DNA of 64,000 bases, from NCBI GenBank assembly GCA_963712665.1, contig CAVQIV010000005.1, positions 142,356-206,355 of the forward strand, read 5' to 3'. The notes beneath the pieces were generated by a model. It did not search any database. It was not told where the DNA came from and saw only the letters and a list, made by a program, of their open reading frames with translations. The stretch comes from Thermoanaerobaculaceae bacterium (lineage in GTDB: Bacteria; Acidobacteriota; Thermoanaerobaculia; Multivoradales; UBA5704). Both the position numbers and the translations under genes were made by a program. How positions within the stretch are numbered: position 1 is the first letter of the stretch; each line of letters begins with the position of its first letter. Positions 54,150 through 61,778 of this stretch are shown here, in pieces.

Positions 54150-55688
54150 TCACCCCCGAGCCTCCATCCCCGCCGGCCGCAGCCTCCGTTCCACCCATCC
54201 CAACCCCCCATCCACCACCAGCGCCAGCAGGGCCGCCGGGATCGCTCCGGAGAGGATCATCGCCGTGTTGGCGAGCTGTAATCCCGTCACGATGGGCTCG
54301 CCCAGTCCTCCGGCGCCGATGAAGGCGGCGAGGGTGGCGGTGCCCACGGTGAGGACGGCGGCGGTGCGCAGGCCGGCCATCACCACCGGGGCGGCGAGGG
54401 GGAGGCGGATTTCGCGCAGGATCTGACCCGGAGTCATCCCCAAGGCGGTCGCGGCTTCGACGGCCTTGGGATCCGCGTCCCGCACGCCGGTGTAGGTGTT
54501 GCGGACGATGGGGAAGAGGGCGTAGATCCACAGCGCCGCGATGGCGGGAACGATCCCCACTCCCAGGAAGGGGATCATGAAGGCCAGGAGGGCGAGGGAG
54601 GGGACGGTCTGGAACAGCCCCAGAACGCGGATGACCCCCTCGGCCCAGCGCCGGTGCCGCTCCAGCCACAGCCCCAGGGGGATGGCGATCAGGGCGCCCA
54701 GGAGCAGGGCCGCCGCCGAGAGCCCCAGATGCTCCAGGGTGCGCCGGGTGAGATCCCGCCGCTGTCCCCAGAGGTAATCCGTGATACCGGTGCCATGGAC
54801 CTCGGCTTCCTGAGTCTTCGCTGTCTCTTTGGACAGCCCCAGGGAGCGCAGGGCATCCCGAGCCACCACCACCTCGCTCTCATGCTTCTCCTGGAGACGG
54901 AGATTCAAAGCGCGCATGGTGTCCTCGTCCAGGGAGCCGGCGAGGAGGCCGAGCACGGAGCCCACCTCGGGGTGCTTCTTCAGAGTCGCACCCCGCACCA
55001 GGGCCGCGGCTTCATAGGGCGGGAAGAAGTCGCGGTCATCCTTCAGCACCTTCAGGTTGTAGAGGATGAGCCGGCCGTCCGTAGAGTAGACGTCGAGGGC
55101 GTCGATCGTCCGCTGTTTCGCCGCCTGGTACTGGAGGGCCTGCTGGAGATGATCCACGGAGCCGAATTCCAGCCCGTAGACCCGCTGCAGACCCAAGAGG
55201 CCGTCCTCCCGGCCCACGAACTCATGGCCGAAGCCGCCGTGCAGACGCTTCGAGACACGGGCGAGATCGGAGATCGTCTCCAGGTGCTCCCGCTCGGCCA
55301 GCTCCTTGGGGACGGCGATCTCCCAGGAGTTCTCGAAGCCCAGGGGAGCGAGCCACCAGAGGTCCCAACGACGAAGGAACTCGCTACGGACCCGGTTGAG
55401 GGTCCTGGACGGCGAGCCCTCCGCCTTCTCGCCGAGGATCGAGACCAGGCCCGTGCCCGTGTACTCGGGATAGACGTCGATGGCGCCGCTCTTCAGCGCC
55501 TCGAAGCACACCTGCGTGCCGGCGAGCCCCAGCCGGCGCTCCACCTCAAGATCCGTGCGGCTCTCCAGGAGCTGGGCGAACATCTCGGCGAGGAGCCGGC
55601 TCTCCTCGAAGTTCTTCGAGCCGATGACGATGCGGTCCGCGGCGTGGAGGGGAAGGGCGAGGAGGATCGCCAAGCCGAAGACCCTCAT
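54150..55688 (-). CDS. ABC transporter fused substrate-binding + permease protein (glycine-betaine/choline, OpuBC-OpuBB type)
   Basis: Signal peptide MRVFGLAILLALPLHA. SBP block IVIGSKNFEESRLLAEMFAQLLE...IDVYPEYTGTGL. C-terminal permease with the EAA-like loop (DPKAVEAATALGMTPGQILREIRLPLA). The start is set at 55688. The track extension to 55853 runs through a repeat element. Confidence 0.85.
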   Translation of the reverse strand: MRVFGLAILLALPLHAADRIVIGSKNFEESRLLAEMFAQLLESRTDLEVERRLGLAGTQVCFEALKSGAIDVYPEYTGTGLVSILGEKAEGSPSRTLNRVRSEFLRRWDLWWLAPLGFENSWEIAVPKELAEREHLETISDLARVSKRLHGGFGHEFVGREDGLLGLQRVYGLEFGSVDHLQQALQYQAAKQRTIDALDVYSTDGRLILYNLKVLKDDRDFFPPYEAAALVRGATLKKHPEVGSVLGLLAGSLDEDTMRALNLRLQEKHESEVVVARDALRSLGLSKETAKTQEAEVHGTGITDYLWGQRRDLTRRTLEHLGLSAAALLLGALIAIPLGLWLERHRRWAEGVIRVLGLFQTVPSLALLAFMIPFLGVGIVPAIAALWIYALFPIVRNTYTGVRDADPKAVEAATALGMTPGQILREIRLPLAAPVVMAGLRTAAVLTVGTATLAAFIGAGGLGEPIVTGLQLANTAMILSGAIPAALLALVVDGGLGWVERRLRPAGMEARG

Positions 55689-55699
55689 CACCCCGGCCC

Positions 55700-55815
55700 T
55701 CTTCTCCCATCGCCCTCCCCCCAACCGGGAGAAAAGGGAGAAAAGCAAGGACGCCCCCGCTACGTTCCCCTCTCCCGGTCGGGGGGAGGGCGATGGGAGA
55801 GGGGACAGGGGTGAG
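55700..55815. repeat. GC-rich palindromic repeat related to the arms of the 47301-47502 element, in the ABC operon intergenic spacer
   Basis: gttcccctctcccggtcggggggagggcgatgggagaggggacaggggtgagggc. The TCCCCTCTCCC/GGGAGAGGGGA stem and the cctcaccc motif (on the reverse strand) match the element at 47301-47350. Confidence 0.6.
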
Positions 55816-55818
55816 GGC

Positions 55819-56571
55819 TCACACACGCCGCATCTCCAGCAAAGCCTCCACATAAGGGTCCGCCGGCTTCGAGGCCAGCTCCTCCGGGCTCCCGAGCTGC
55901 AGGAGGCGGCCAGCGCGCATGACGCCGATGCGGTCGGCGAGACGGAAGGCTTCGGCGAGGTCGTGGGTCACCAGCACGGTCGTCTTCCCCAAGGTCTTCT
56001 TGAGATCGAGGAACTGGCGGTGGAGCTCCAGTCGGGTCAGGGCGTCGAGGGCGCCGAAGGGCTCGTCGAGGAGGATGAGGGGCGGATCGGCGGCGAGCGC
56101 CCGGGCGAAGGCTACGCGCTGGCGCTGGCCTCCCGAGAGCTCGGCAGGGTAGCGGCCGGCGTGCGCTTGCGGGTCGAGGCCCACGAGCTTCAGCATCTCG
56201 CGGGTGCGCTGCTGGCGGCGGTCGCGGTCCCAGCCCAGGAGACGGGGGACGAGCTCGACGTTGCGCTCGATCTTCCAGTGAGGGATGAGGCCGCCGTCCT
56301 GGGGTACATAGCCGATGCGGCGGCGCAGGTCGATGGGATCGAGATCCTCCGCCAGCTTCCCCTCGATCCGCACCTCGCCGGCCGTGGGCTCCACCATGCG
56401 GTTGAAGGTGCGCAGCAGGGTCGTCTTGCCGCTGCCGCTCTCGCCCACCAGAGCCACCGTCTCTCCGGGATAGACGGCGAGGCTCACGCCGCCGAGCGCG
56501 ATCGTTCCATCGCCGTAAGTTTTGGCGACGCCGGCTGCTGCGAGGAGGGGTTCGATGGGCTCAGTCGCCAC
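55819..56571 (-). CDS. ABC transporter ATP-binding protein
   Basis: Walker A GESGSGKTT, Q-loop, signature LSGGQRQRV, Walker B ILLDEPFGALD and H-loop VTHD. Confidence 0.9.
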   Translation of the reverse strand: MATEPIEPLLAAAGVAKTYGDGTIALGGVSLAVYPGETVALVGESGSGKTTLLRTFNRMVEPTAGEVRIEGKLAEDLDPIDLRRRIGYVPQDGGLIPHWKIERNVELVPRLLGWDRDRRQQRTREMLKLVGLDPQAHAGRYPAELSGGQRQRVAFARALAADPPLILLDEPFGALDALTRLELHRQFLDLKKTLGKTTVLVTHDLAEAFRLADRIGVMRAGRLLQLGSPEELASKPADPYVEALLEMRRV

Positions 56572-56623
56572 GCCGGGTAGTCTATCCCGGGAGTGCTACG
56601 ATCCCGGCTCAGGAGAACCCAGC

Positions 56624-57847
56624 ATGAAAAGCGAGCCTAGCCACTTCCCGGGCGCCCACGGCCAGACCCTCGCCGGCCGGCTCGAGAGCCCGTTGGGCGA
56701 GCCTCTGGCCTACGCCCTCTTCGCCCACTGCTTCACCTGCTCGAAGGACTTGAAGGCCGCGGGCTGGATCTGCCGCGCCCTGGCGGAGCGGGGGATCGCA
56801 GTTCTGCGCTTCGATTTTTCCGGCGTGGGCGGCAGCGAAGGGGAGGGCCCGGGCGGCTTCGCGTCCAATCTGGAGGACGTGGTGGCCGCGGCGGACTTCC
56901 TGCGCCAGGAGCGCGCGGCCCCGAGCCTGCTCGTGGGGCACAGCCTGGGCGGCACGGCCGTGCTCGCCGCAGCCTCCAAGATCCCGGAGGTGCGGGCCGT
57001 GGTCACGATCGGCGCTCCCAGCGATCTGGATCACCTCCGCAAGGTGTTGTTGCGACGCGTTCCCGATCTGAAGGAAGGCGAGGAGGCCACGGTGGATCTG
57101 GGCGGCGTCGTGCCCGTCCGCGTCCGCCCCGAGCTGCTGGCCGAGCTGGCGGGGGAGCCCATGCGGGGCGTCATGGCCAACCTCCACAAGGCCCTGCTCC
57201 TCTTTCACTCGCCGGTGGACAACGTGGTGGGCATCGAGCACGCCCGCCGTTTGTTCGAGGAGGCGAAGCACCCCAAGAGCTTCATCTCCCTGGCCGGCGC
57301 GGATCACCTGCTCTCCCGGGAGCGGGACGCCCGCTACGTGGCCGACGTCCTGGCGGCCTGGGCCGAGCCCTATCTGGAGGGAGTGGAGACGGCCGTCGAG
57401 AAGCTCCCCGAGGAGGGCAAGGCCGGCGAGGTGACGGTGATCGGCAGCGCCAGCGGCTTCGCCCAGGAGATCGTGGCCCGCCGCCACCGCCTCACCGCCG
57501 ACGAGCCCCTGGACGTGCCGGGCGGCACGGACACGGGCCCCACGCCCTACGACCTTCTCCTCGCGGCGATCGGGGCCTGCACCTCCATGACCCTGCGGAT
57601 GTACGCCGACTTGAAGAAGCTCCCCCTCGAAGGCGTGCGCGTGCGGCTGCGCACCTCGAAGATCCATGCCGCCGACTGCGCGAAATGCGATACGAAAACC
57701 GGCAAGCTGGACCGCATCGAGCGGGAGATCGAGGTTCTCGGCCCTCTCACCGACGAGCAGCGCCAGCGCCTGCTGGAGATCGCCGACCGGTGTCCCGTGC
57801 ACCGGACGCTGACCTCGGAGATCGACATCGTCAGCCGGCTGGTGTAG
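56624..57847 (+). CDS. bifunctional alpha/beta-hydrolase / OsmC-family protein
   Basis: RBS aggagaacccagc[13 protein letters not shown], nucleophile elbow GHSLGG and a C-terminal OsmC-like region ([24 protein letters not shown]...CPVHRTL). The start at 56624 is preferred over the longer track ORF. Confidence 0.8.
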   Translation: MKSEPSHFPGAHGQTLAGRLESPLGEPLAYALFAHCFTCSKDLKAAGWICRALAERGIAVLRFDFSGVGGSEGEGPGGFASNLEDVVAAADFLRQERAAPSLLVGHSLGGTAVLAAASKIPEVRAVVTIGAPSDLDHLRKVLLRRVPDLKEGEEATVDLGGVVPVRVRPELLAELAGEPMRGVMANLHKALLLFHSPVDNVVGIEHARRLFEEAKHPKSFISLAGADHLLSRERDARYVADVLAAWAEPYLEGVETAVEKLPEEGKAGEVTVIGSASGFAQEIVARRHRLTADEPLDVPGGTDTGPTPYDLLLAAIGACTSMTLRMYADLKKLPLEGVRVRLRTSKIHAADCAKCDTKTGKLDRIEREIEVLGPLTDEQRQRLLEIADRCPVHRTLTSEIDIVSRLV

Positions 57848-58138
57848 ACGGTCGGGCTTCACCCCAGGCACCCCCGCCCTCCCCAGGCTCCACCCCCGTC
57901 ATCCGCAAGGGACAGGCGTCCGTCTCCCCATACGCCTCCCATCCCATGTCTCGCCTGTAAATCCTTTGGAATCAGCATTCTCTCGTTCTGCCAGATCCTG
58001 GCACGGATCGTGGAATCGCAAGGAATCGACGGAGAGAGACGATGACAGAAACCCGGAACCGAAACTGCCGCCCCCGCTTCTCCCGTTGGCGGGACGGCTC
58101 GAGATAAGGACGACAGACAACCTCCTCTCCCTCCGGTG

Positions 58139-58184
58139 CCGGGGCGGGTTTAATGCCCTCCGCCCGCCCCGGCCCTCTTTTTTT
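58139..58184 (+). terminator. intrinsic terminator-like hairpin plus T7 run in the OsmC-pcnB spacer
   Basis: CCGGGGCGGG-(14-nt loop)-CCCGCCCCGG forms a perfect 10-bp stem (58139-58172). It is followed by ccctc and TTTTTTT (58178-58184). Confidence 0.55.
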
Positions 58185-58266
58185 CTTCCCTCCCTTGCCT
58201 CACCCCTGCCGCAATCTGTAGAGTCAGGACGCGCGCTTCGCGGCGCTAGGGTGTCCGCAAGCCCTT

Positions 58267-59628
58267 TTGCGTCTGATGTATAGCAGATCATCGATGGTTC
58301 TCGAGGACCCTTATAATCAACCCGTGAGTGTGCCTACCGAGGGGGAGCCGCGAGTCCTGCAGCGCTCCGATCACCCCATCTCCCGCCGGGACATCGACAA
58401 GAACGCAGTCAAGGTCCTCTACCGGCTGCACAACGCCGGCTATCTGGCCTATCTGGTGGGCGGCAGCGTGCGCGACCTGATGATGAGCCGCACGCCCAAG
58501 GACTTCGACGTCGGCACCAACGCCAAGCCCAACGAGATCCGGCGCCTGTTCTCGAACTCGCGCATCATCGGCCGCCGCTTCCGGCTGGTGCACGTCTTCT
58601 TCCACGACGGCGGCGTGGTCGAGGTCTCGACCTTCCGCCGCGATCCCGATCCCGAGGAGCAGAGGAGCGAGCCCGGGGAGCTGCTGATCACCAGCGACAA
58701 CACCTACGGCACCCCCCGCCAGGACGCCTTCCGCCGCGACTTCACCATCAACGCCCTGTTCTACGGCATCGGCGACTACACGGTGATCGACCACGTCGGG
58801 GGGATCGAGGACCTGGAGCGCAAGCTGGTGCGAGCCATCGGCGATCCCGGCGTGCGCTTCCAGGAGGATCCCGTGCGCATGCTGCGGGCCTGCGAGTTCG
58901 CGGGCCGGCTGGGCTTCGGCATCGAGACCAAGACGCAGGAGGCGATCCACGCCCATCGCAAGGAGCTGGAGAAGGCGTCGCCGGCGCGGGTTACGGAGGA
59001 GATCGTGCAGCTCCTCAAGTGCGGCCGGGCCGGCGCGGCCATGCAGTGGATGCTGGAGCTGGGCCTGCTCGAAGTGCTCCTCCCCGAGGCCTACGCCATG
59101 CTCACGGCAGGGCAGCGGGGACTGGGGGATTTCGGGCAGATCCTGCCGGTGATCGACCGTATGGTGGCCGAGGAGCGGCCCCTCTCGGACACCGCCCTCC
59201 TCGCCGCCGTGCTCCTCCCCAAAGTGATGGTGCGGCGCATGGACGTCGAGGCCATGGACGGCCGGCCCATGAGCCGGGCCGCCATCGAGACCATGGTCCA
59301 GGAGGAGGTGACCCCCTTCTTCCAGCGCCTCACCCTCTCGAATCTCAGGTCCCAGCAGGTGACTCACGCCCTGGTCGGCTTTCAGCGCCTGTGCGAGCCC
59401 CGCTGGTCCACCCACGAAAGGGTGCGCTTCACCCGCAAGCCCTACTTCGACGATGCCCTGCTGCTGTTCGAGATCCTCGTCCAGGCCACGGGCGAGGGTC
59501 ACGAGGCCCTGGAGCAGTGGAGAGCCGCGGTCCGGAGGCGTCCCCCGCTCAAGGCGCCTTCTCCGGGCAGCGAGAGCGAGGCCCGGCCGCGGCCACGCCG
59601 CCGCCGCAGACGCCGCGGGCCGGCGTAA
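58267..59628 (+). CDS. pcnB: poly(A) polymerase I / CCA-adding-enzyme family nucleotidyltransferase
   Basis: AYLVGGSVRDLMMSRTPKDFDVGTNA...IIGRRFRLVHV...EVSTFR...DAFRRDFTINALFY plus an Arg-rich C-terminal tail is typical of PcnB. The exact start is uncertain. Confidence 0.8.
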   Translation: MRLMYSRSSMVLEDPYNQPVSVPTEGEPRVLQRSDHPISRRDIDKNAVKVLYRLHNAGYLAYLVGGSVRDLMMSRTPKDFDVGTNAKPNEIRRLFSNSRIIGRRFRLVHVFFHDGGVVEVSTFRRDPDPEEQRSEPGELLITSDNTYGTPRQDAFRRDFTINALFYGIGDYTVIDHVGGIEDLERKLVRAIGDPGVRFQEDPVRMLRACEFAGRLGFGIETKTQEAIHAHRKELEKASPARVTEEIVQLLKCGRAGAAMQWMLELGLLEVLLPEAYAMLTAGQRGLGDFGQILPVIDRMVAEERPLSDTALLAAVLLPKVMVRRMDVEAMDGRPMSRAAIETMVQEEVTPFFQRLTLSNLRSQQVTHALVGFQRLCEPRWSTHERVRFTRKPYFDDALLLFEILVQATGEGHEALEQWRAAVRRRPPLKAPSPGSESEARPRPRRRRRRRGPA

Positions 59629-59643
59629 GGGGCCGCTGGCGGC

Positions 59644-60678
59644 TCAGAAAAAAAGGCTCCAGGCGCGCTCGAGAACCCAGTACGCAGCCAGCGCACCGAT
59701 GCCATAGGCGGGCAGGCGGGCCGGCGCAGCCAGCCGGGGGAGCGGGCGCGTGCCGAGCGCCGCGCGCGCGAGCAGCAGAGCCCCGACGAAGAGGAGCTGG
59801 CCGACCTCGATGCCGCTGTTGAACGAGACGAGCGCGAGCGGGATCTCGCCCGCCGGCAGCCCCACCTGCGCCAGGGCCCCGGCGAAGCCCAGACCGTGGA
59901 GCAGCCCGAAGCCGAAGGCGAGGACGCGCGGCGAGCGCCAGGGCGAGGTGGCGCGCCCGGCGTCCTGCCGCGTGAGCTCGACCGCCACGGCGAAGATGCT
60001 GGCAGCGATCAGGATCTCGACCGGCGCCGGCGGGATGCGGACGACGCCGAGCACGGCGAGCGACAGCGTGACGCTGTGACCGAGCGTGAAGGCGGTGATC
60101 GTCCACAGCAGGCCACGACCGCGGACCAGTAGCACGAGGCCGAGGATGAAGAGCAGGTGATCGGGACCGCTCAGGATGTGCCTGAGGCCGAGGAGGACGT
60201 AGTCGCCACAGACCTTCGCCGCGCTCGTTCCGGGAGGCACGGTGAGCGCCGGCGCGTCCGGCCGCAACACCGCCTGGATCAGGCGGCCGTCGGCCAATTG
60301 GATGCGCAGCAGCGCATCGGTCTGCGCCGCCGCCAGCCCCTCGACGCCGATCCGCTCGCCGACCAGGCTCCGGCCGCCGCAGTCCAGCCGCCACCGCGCC
60401 TCGGACCAGGGCTCCCCTCGCCGCGCTTCACCAAGGCCGATCTGGACGCAGCGGCGGGGCAGGACGGGGCGAACGGGCGCGTCCACCGGCTGCACGGCCG
60501 GCTGCCGCCAGAGCACTTCGACCGGCCCCCCGCGAACCTCGCGGATCTCCAGCAACGACGGGTCGAGCGGATGCGCGCTCGCCGGGCGTCCGGCGAGCAG
60601 ACAAAAAACACCGATCAGCGCCAGGCGCCGGATCTCGATCCGCCGGATTGCAATCCGCCGGATCTCGATCCGCCTCAT
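59644..60678 (-). CDS. HupE/UreJ-family membrane protein (Ni/Co-transport-associated family)
   Basis: Start at MRRIEIRRIAIRRIEIRRLALIGVFCLLAGRPASAHP (signal-like). Motifs GLRHILSGPDHLLFILGLVLL and GLLHGLGFAGAL. The ATG overlaps the upstream gene stop (ATGA). The upstream part of the 590-aa track ORF is an out-of-gene extension. Confidence 0.75.
   Translation of the reverse strand: MRRIEIRRIAIRRIEIRRLALIGVFCLLAGRPASAHPLDPSLLEIREVRGGPVEVLWRQPAVQPVDAPVRPVLPRRCVQIGLGEARRGEPWSEARWRLDCGGRSLVGERIGVEGLAAAQTDALLRIQLADGRLIQAVLRPDAPALTVPPGTSAAKVCGDYVLLGLRHILSGPDHLLFILGLVLLVRGRGLLWTITAFTLGHSVTLSLAVLGVVRIPPAPVEILIAASIFAVAVELTRQDAGRATSPWRSPRVLAFGFGLLHGLGFAGALAQVGLPAGEIPLALVSFNSGIEVGQLLFVGALLLARAALGTRPLPRLAAPARLPAYGIGALAAYWVLERAWSLFF
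60627..60674. repeat. 15-bp tandem repeat x3.2 (CCGCCGGAT[CTCG/TGCA]AT), each unit centred on a CGGAT..ATCCG inverted repeat
   Basis: gccggatctcgatccgccggattgcaatccgccggatctcgatccgcc. The middle unit contains the perfect 14-bp palindrome CGGATTGCAATCCG. It lies in codons 2-17 of the HupE-family gene (RRIEI RRIAI RRIEI RR). Confidence 0.85.
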
Positions 60679-61778
60679 CGCCGCGCCTCCGCCGCGGGGG
60701 CGGCCGCGGCCTGCTGCAGCCACTCGACGCGGATCTGGTAGAGGCGCCGCAGGCGGTCGAGCCCCGCGGCCAGCCGGGCCGCCGACCGCTCTTCGTAGAG
60801 GATCTGGACGAGCTGTCCACGCACGCTGTCGAGCGGCGGTGTCCGCCCGGCGTGCCGCGCGTGGACCCAGACGAGGTGGAGCCCGAACGGGGAGGCGATC
60901 GGGGCCGACCAGGCGCCCGGCGGCAGCGCCAGGACCGCGTCGGCGAGCTCGTCCCCGAAATGGCGTGCGATATCGCTCCGGCTCAGCCCCTCCCAGCGGG
61001 TGGCGAGAGGGAAGGGATCGGACAGTCCGGCGCCTTCCTCCGGCGACAAGTGTTCCTCGAGGAGCCGTTCCGCCACCGCAGCCGCGCGCTCGTCCAGGTG
61101 ATCGGGATCGACGGCAGCGCGGACGAAGACCTGAGTGAAATCGACCGTGGCCGGTTGCAGGAAGCGCTCGCGGTTTCGCTGCAGACAGGCCGCGAGCTCC
61201 GCGTCCGTCGGCGGCCGGTCGGCGGGGTCCTCCTGCAGCAGCAGGCGCATCTTCTGACGCAGGTGCTGGCGCACGGCGACGTCGTCGTCGAGGCCGAGGT
61301 CGAGGGCCTGGCGGTAGAGCTCGGCCTCGCCGAGCGCCTGGTTGCGGCTCACCGCCCGCATCTTGGCGACCAGGCGCTGGCGGATGCCGCGGTCGCCGAG
61401 GTCGAGCGCGAGCCATCTCGCCTCCCGCTCGAGGAGCTCCTCGTCGACGGCCTGCTGGACCAGCCCCTGGAGCTGCGCCGGGCTGGGAGGCCCGCCGGAA
61501 TCCTGGACGAATGCCTCCTGGATCTGCGCCAGGCGCTGCGCCGAGATCACGACCGGCCGCCGCTCGCGTCGCGCCTCGGCCTCGCGCTCAGCGCGGGCGG
61601 GAGGATACCCCCACGCTCGCTGGAGGTCCTCCCGCACCTGCCGCGCCGGCCCGGCGGCGGCCACGGCCGGCGGACCGCTCTCCGGTCGCACCATGTGCCA
61701 CGCGCGCCTGGCGCCGAACAACAGGCAGCCCAGCAGCACGAAGTGGACCGCCGGCGCGCGATACCAGCGGCGGGTCAT
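60675..61778 (-). CDS. PpiC/parvulin-type peptidyl-prolyl isomerase-like protein with N-terminal membrane anchor
   Basis: TM VHFVLLGCLLFGA, a long helical chaperone-like region and a C-terminal block LPPGAWSAPIASPFGLHLVWVHAR typical of parvulin domains. Confidence 0.6.
   Translation of the reverse strand: MTRRWYRAPAVHFVLLGCLLFGARRAWHMVRPESGPPAVAAAGPARQVREDLQRAWGYPPARAEREAEARRERRPVVISAQRLAQIQEAFVQDSGGPPSPAQLQGLVQQAVDEELLEREARWLALDLGDRGIRQRLVAKMRAVSRNQALGEAELYRQALDLGLDDDVAVRQHLRQKMRLLLQEDPADRPPTDAELAACLQRNRERFLQPATVDFTQVFVRAAVDPDHLDERAAAVAERLLEEHLSPEEGAGLSDPFPLATRWEGLSRSDIARHFGDELADAVLALPPGAWSAPIASPFGLHLVWVHARHAGRTPPLDSVRGQLVQILYEERSAARLAAGLDRLRRLYQIRVEWLQQAAAAPAAEARR

Noticed and set aside
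55689-55853. 55-codon N-terminal extension of the ABC SBP-permease ORF (MWRLCWRCGVCEPSPLSPLPSPSPRPGEGN...)
   Set aside because: It is encoded by the GC-rich palindromic repeat element. The real signal peptide starts at the internal ATG at 55688.
60679-61416. Upstream part of the 590-aa track ORF (59644-61416) that would extend the HupE-family protein
   Set aside because: This part is out of frame with, and overlaps, the parvulin-like gene (60675-61778). It is Arg/Pro/Gly-rich. The HupE-like sequence begins only at the ATG at 60678, which is ATGA-coupled to the upstream stop.
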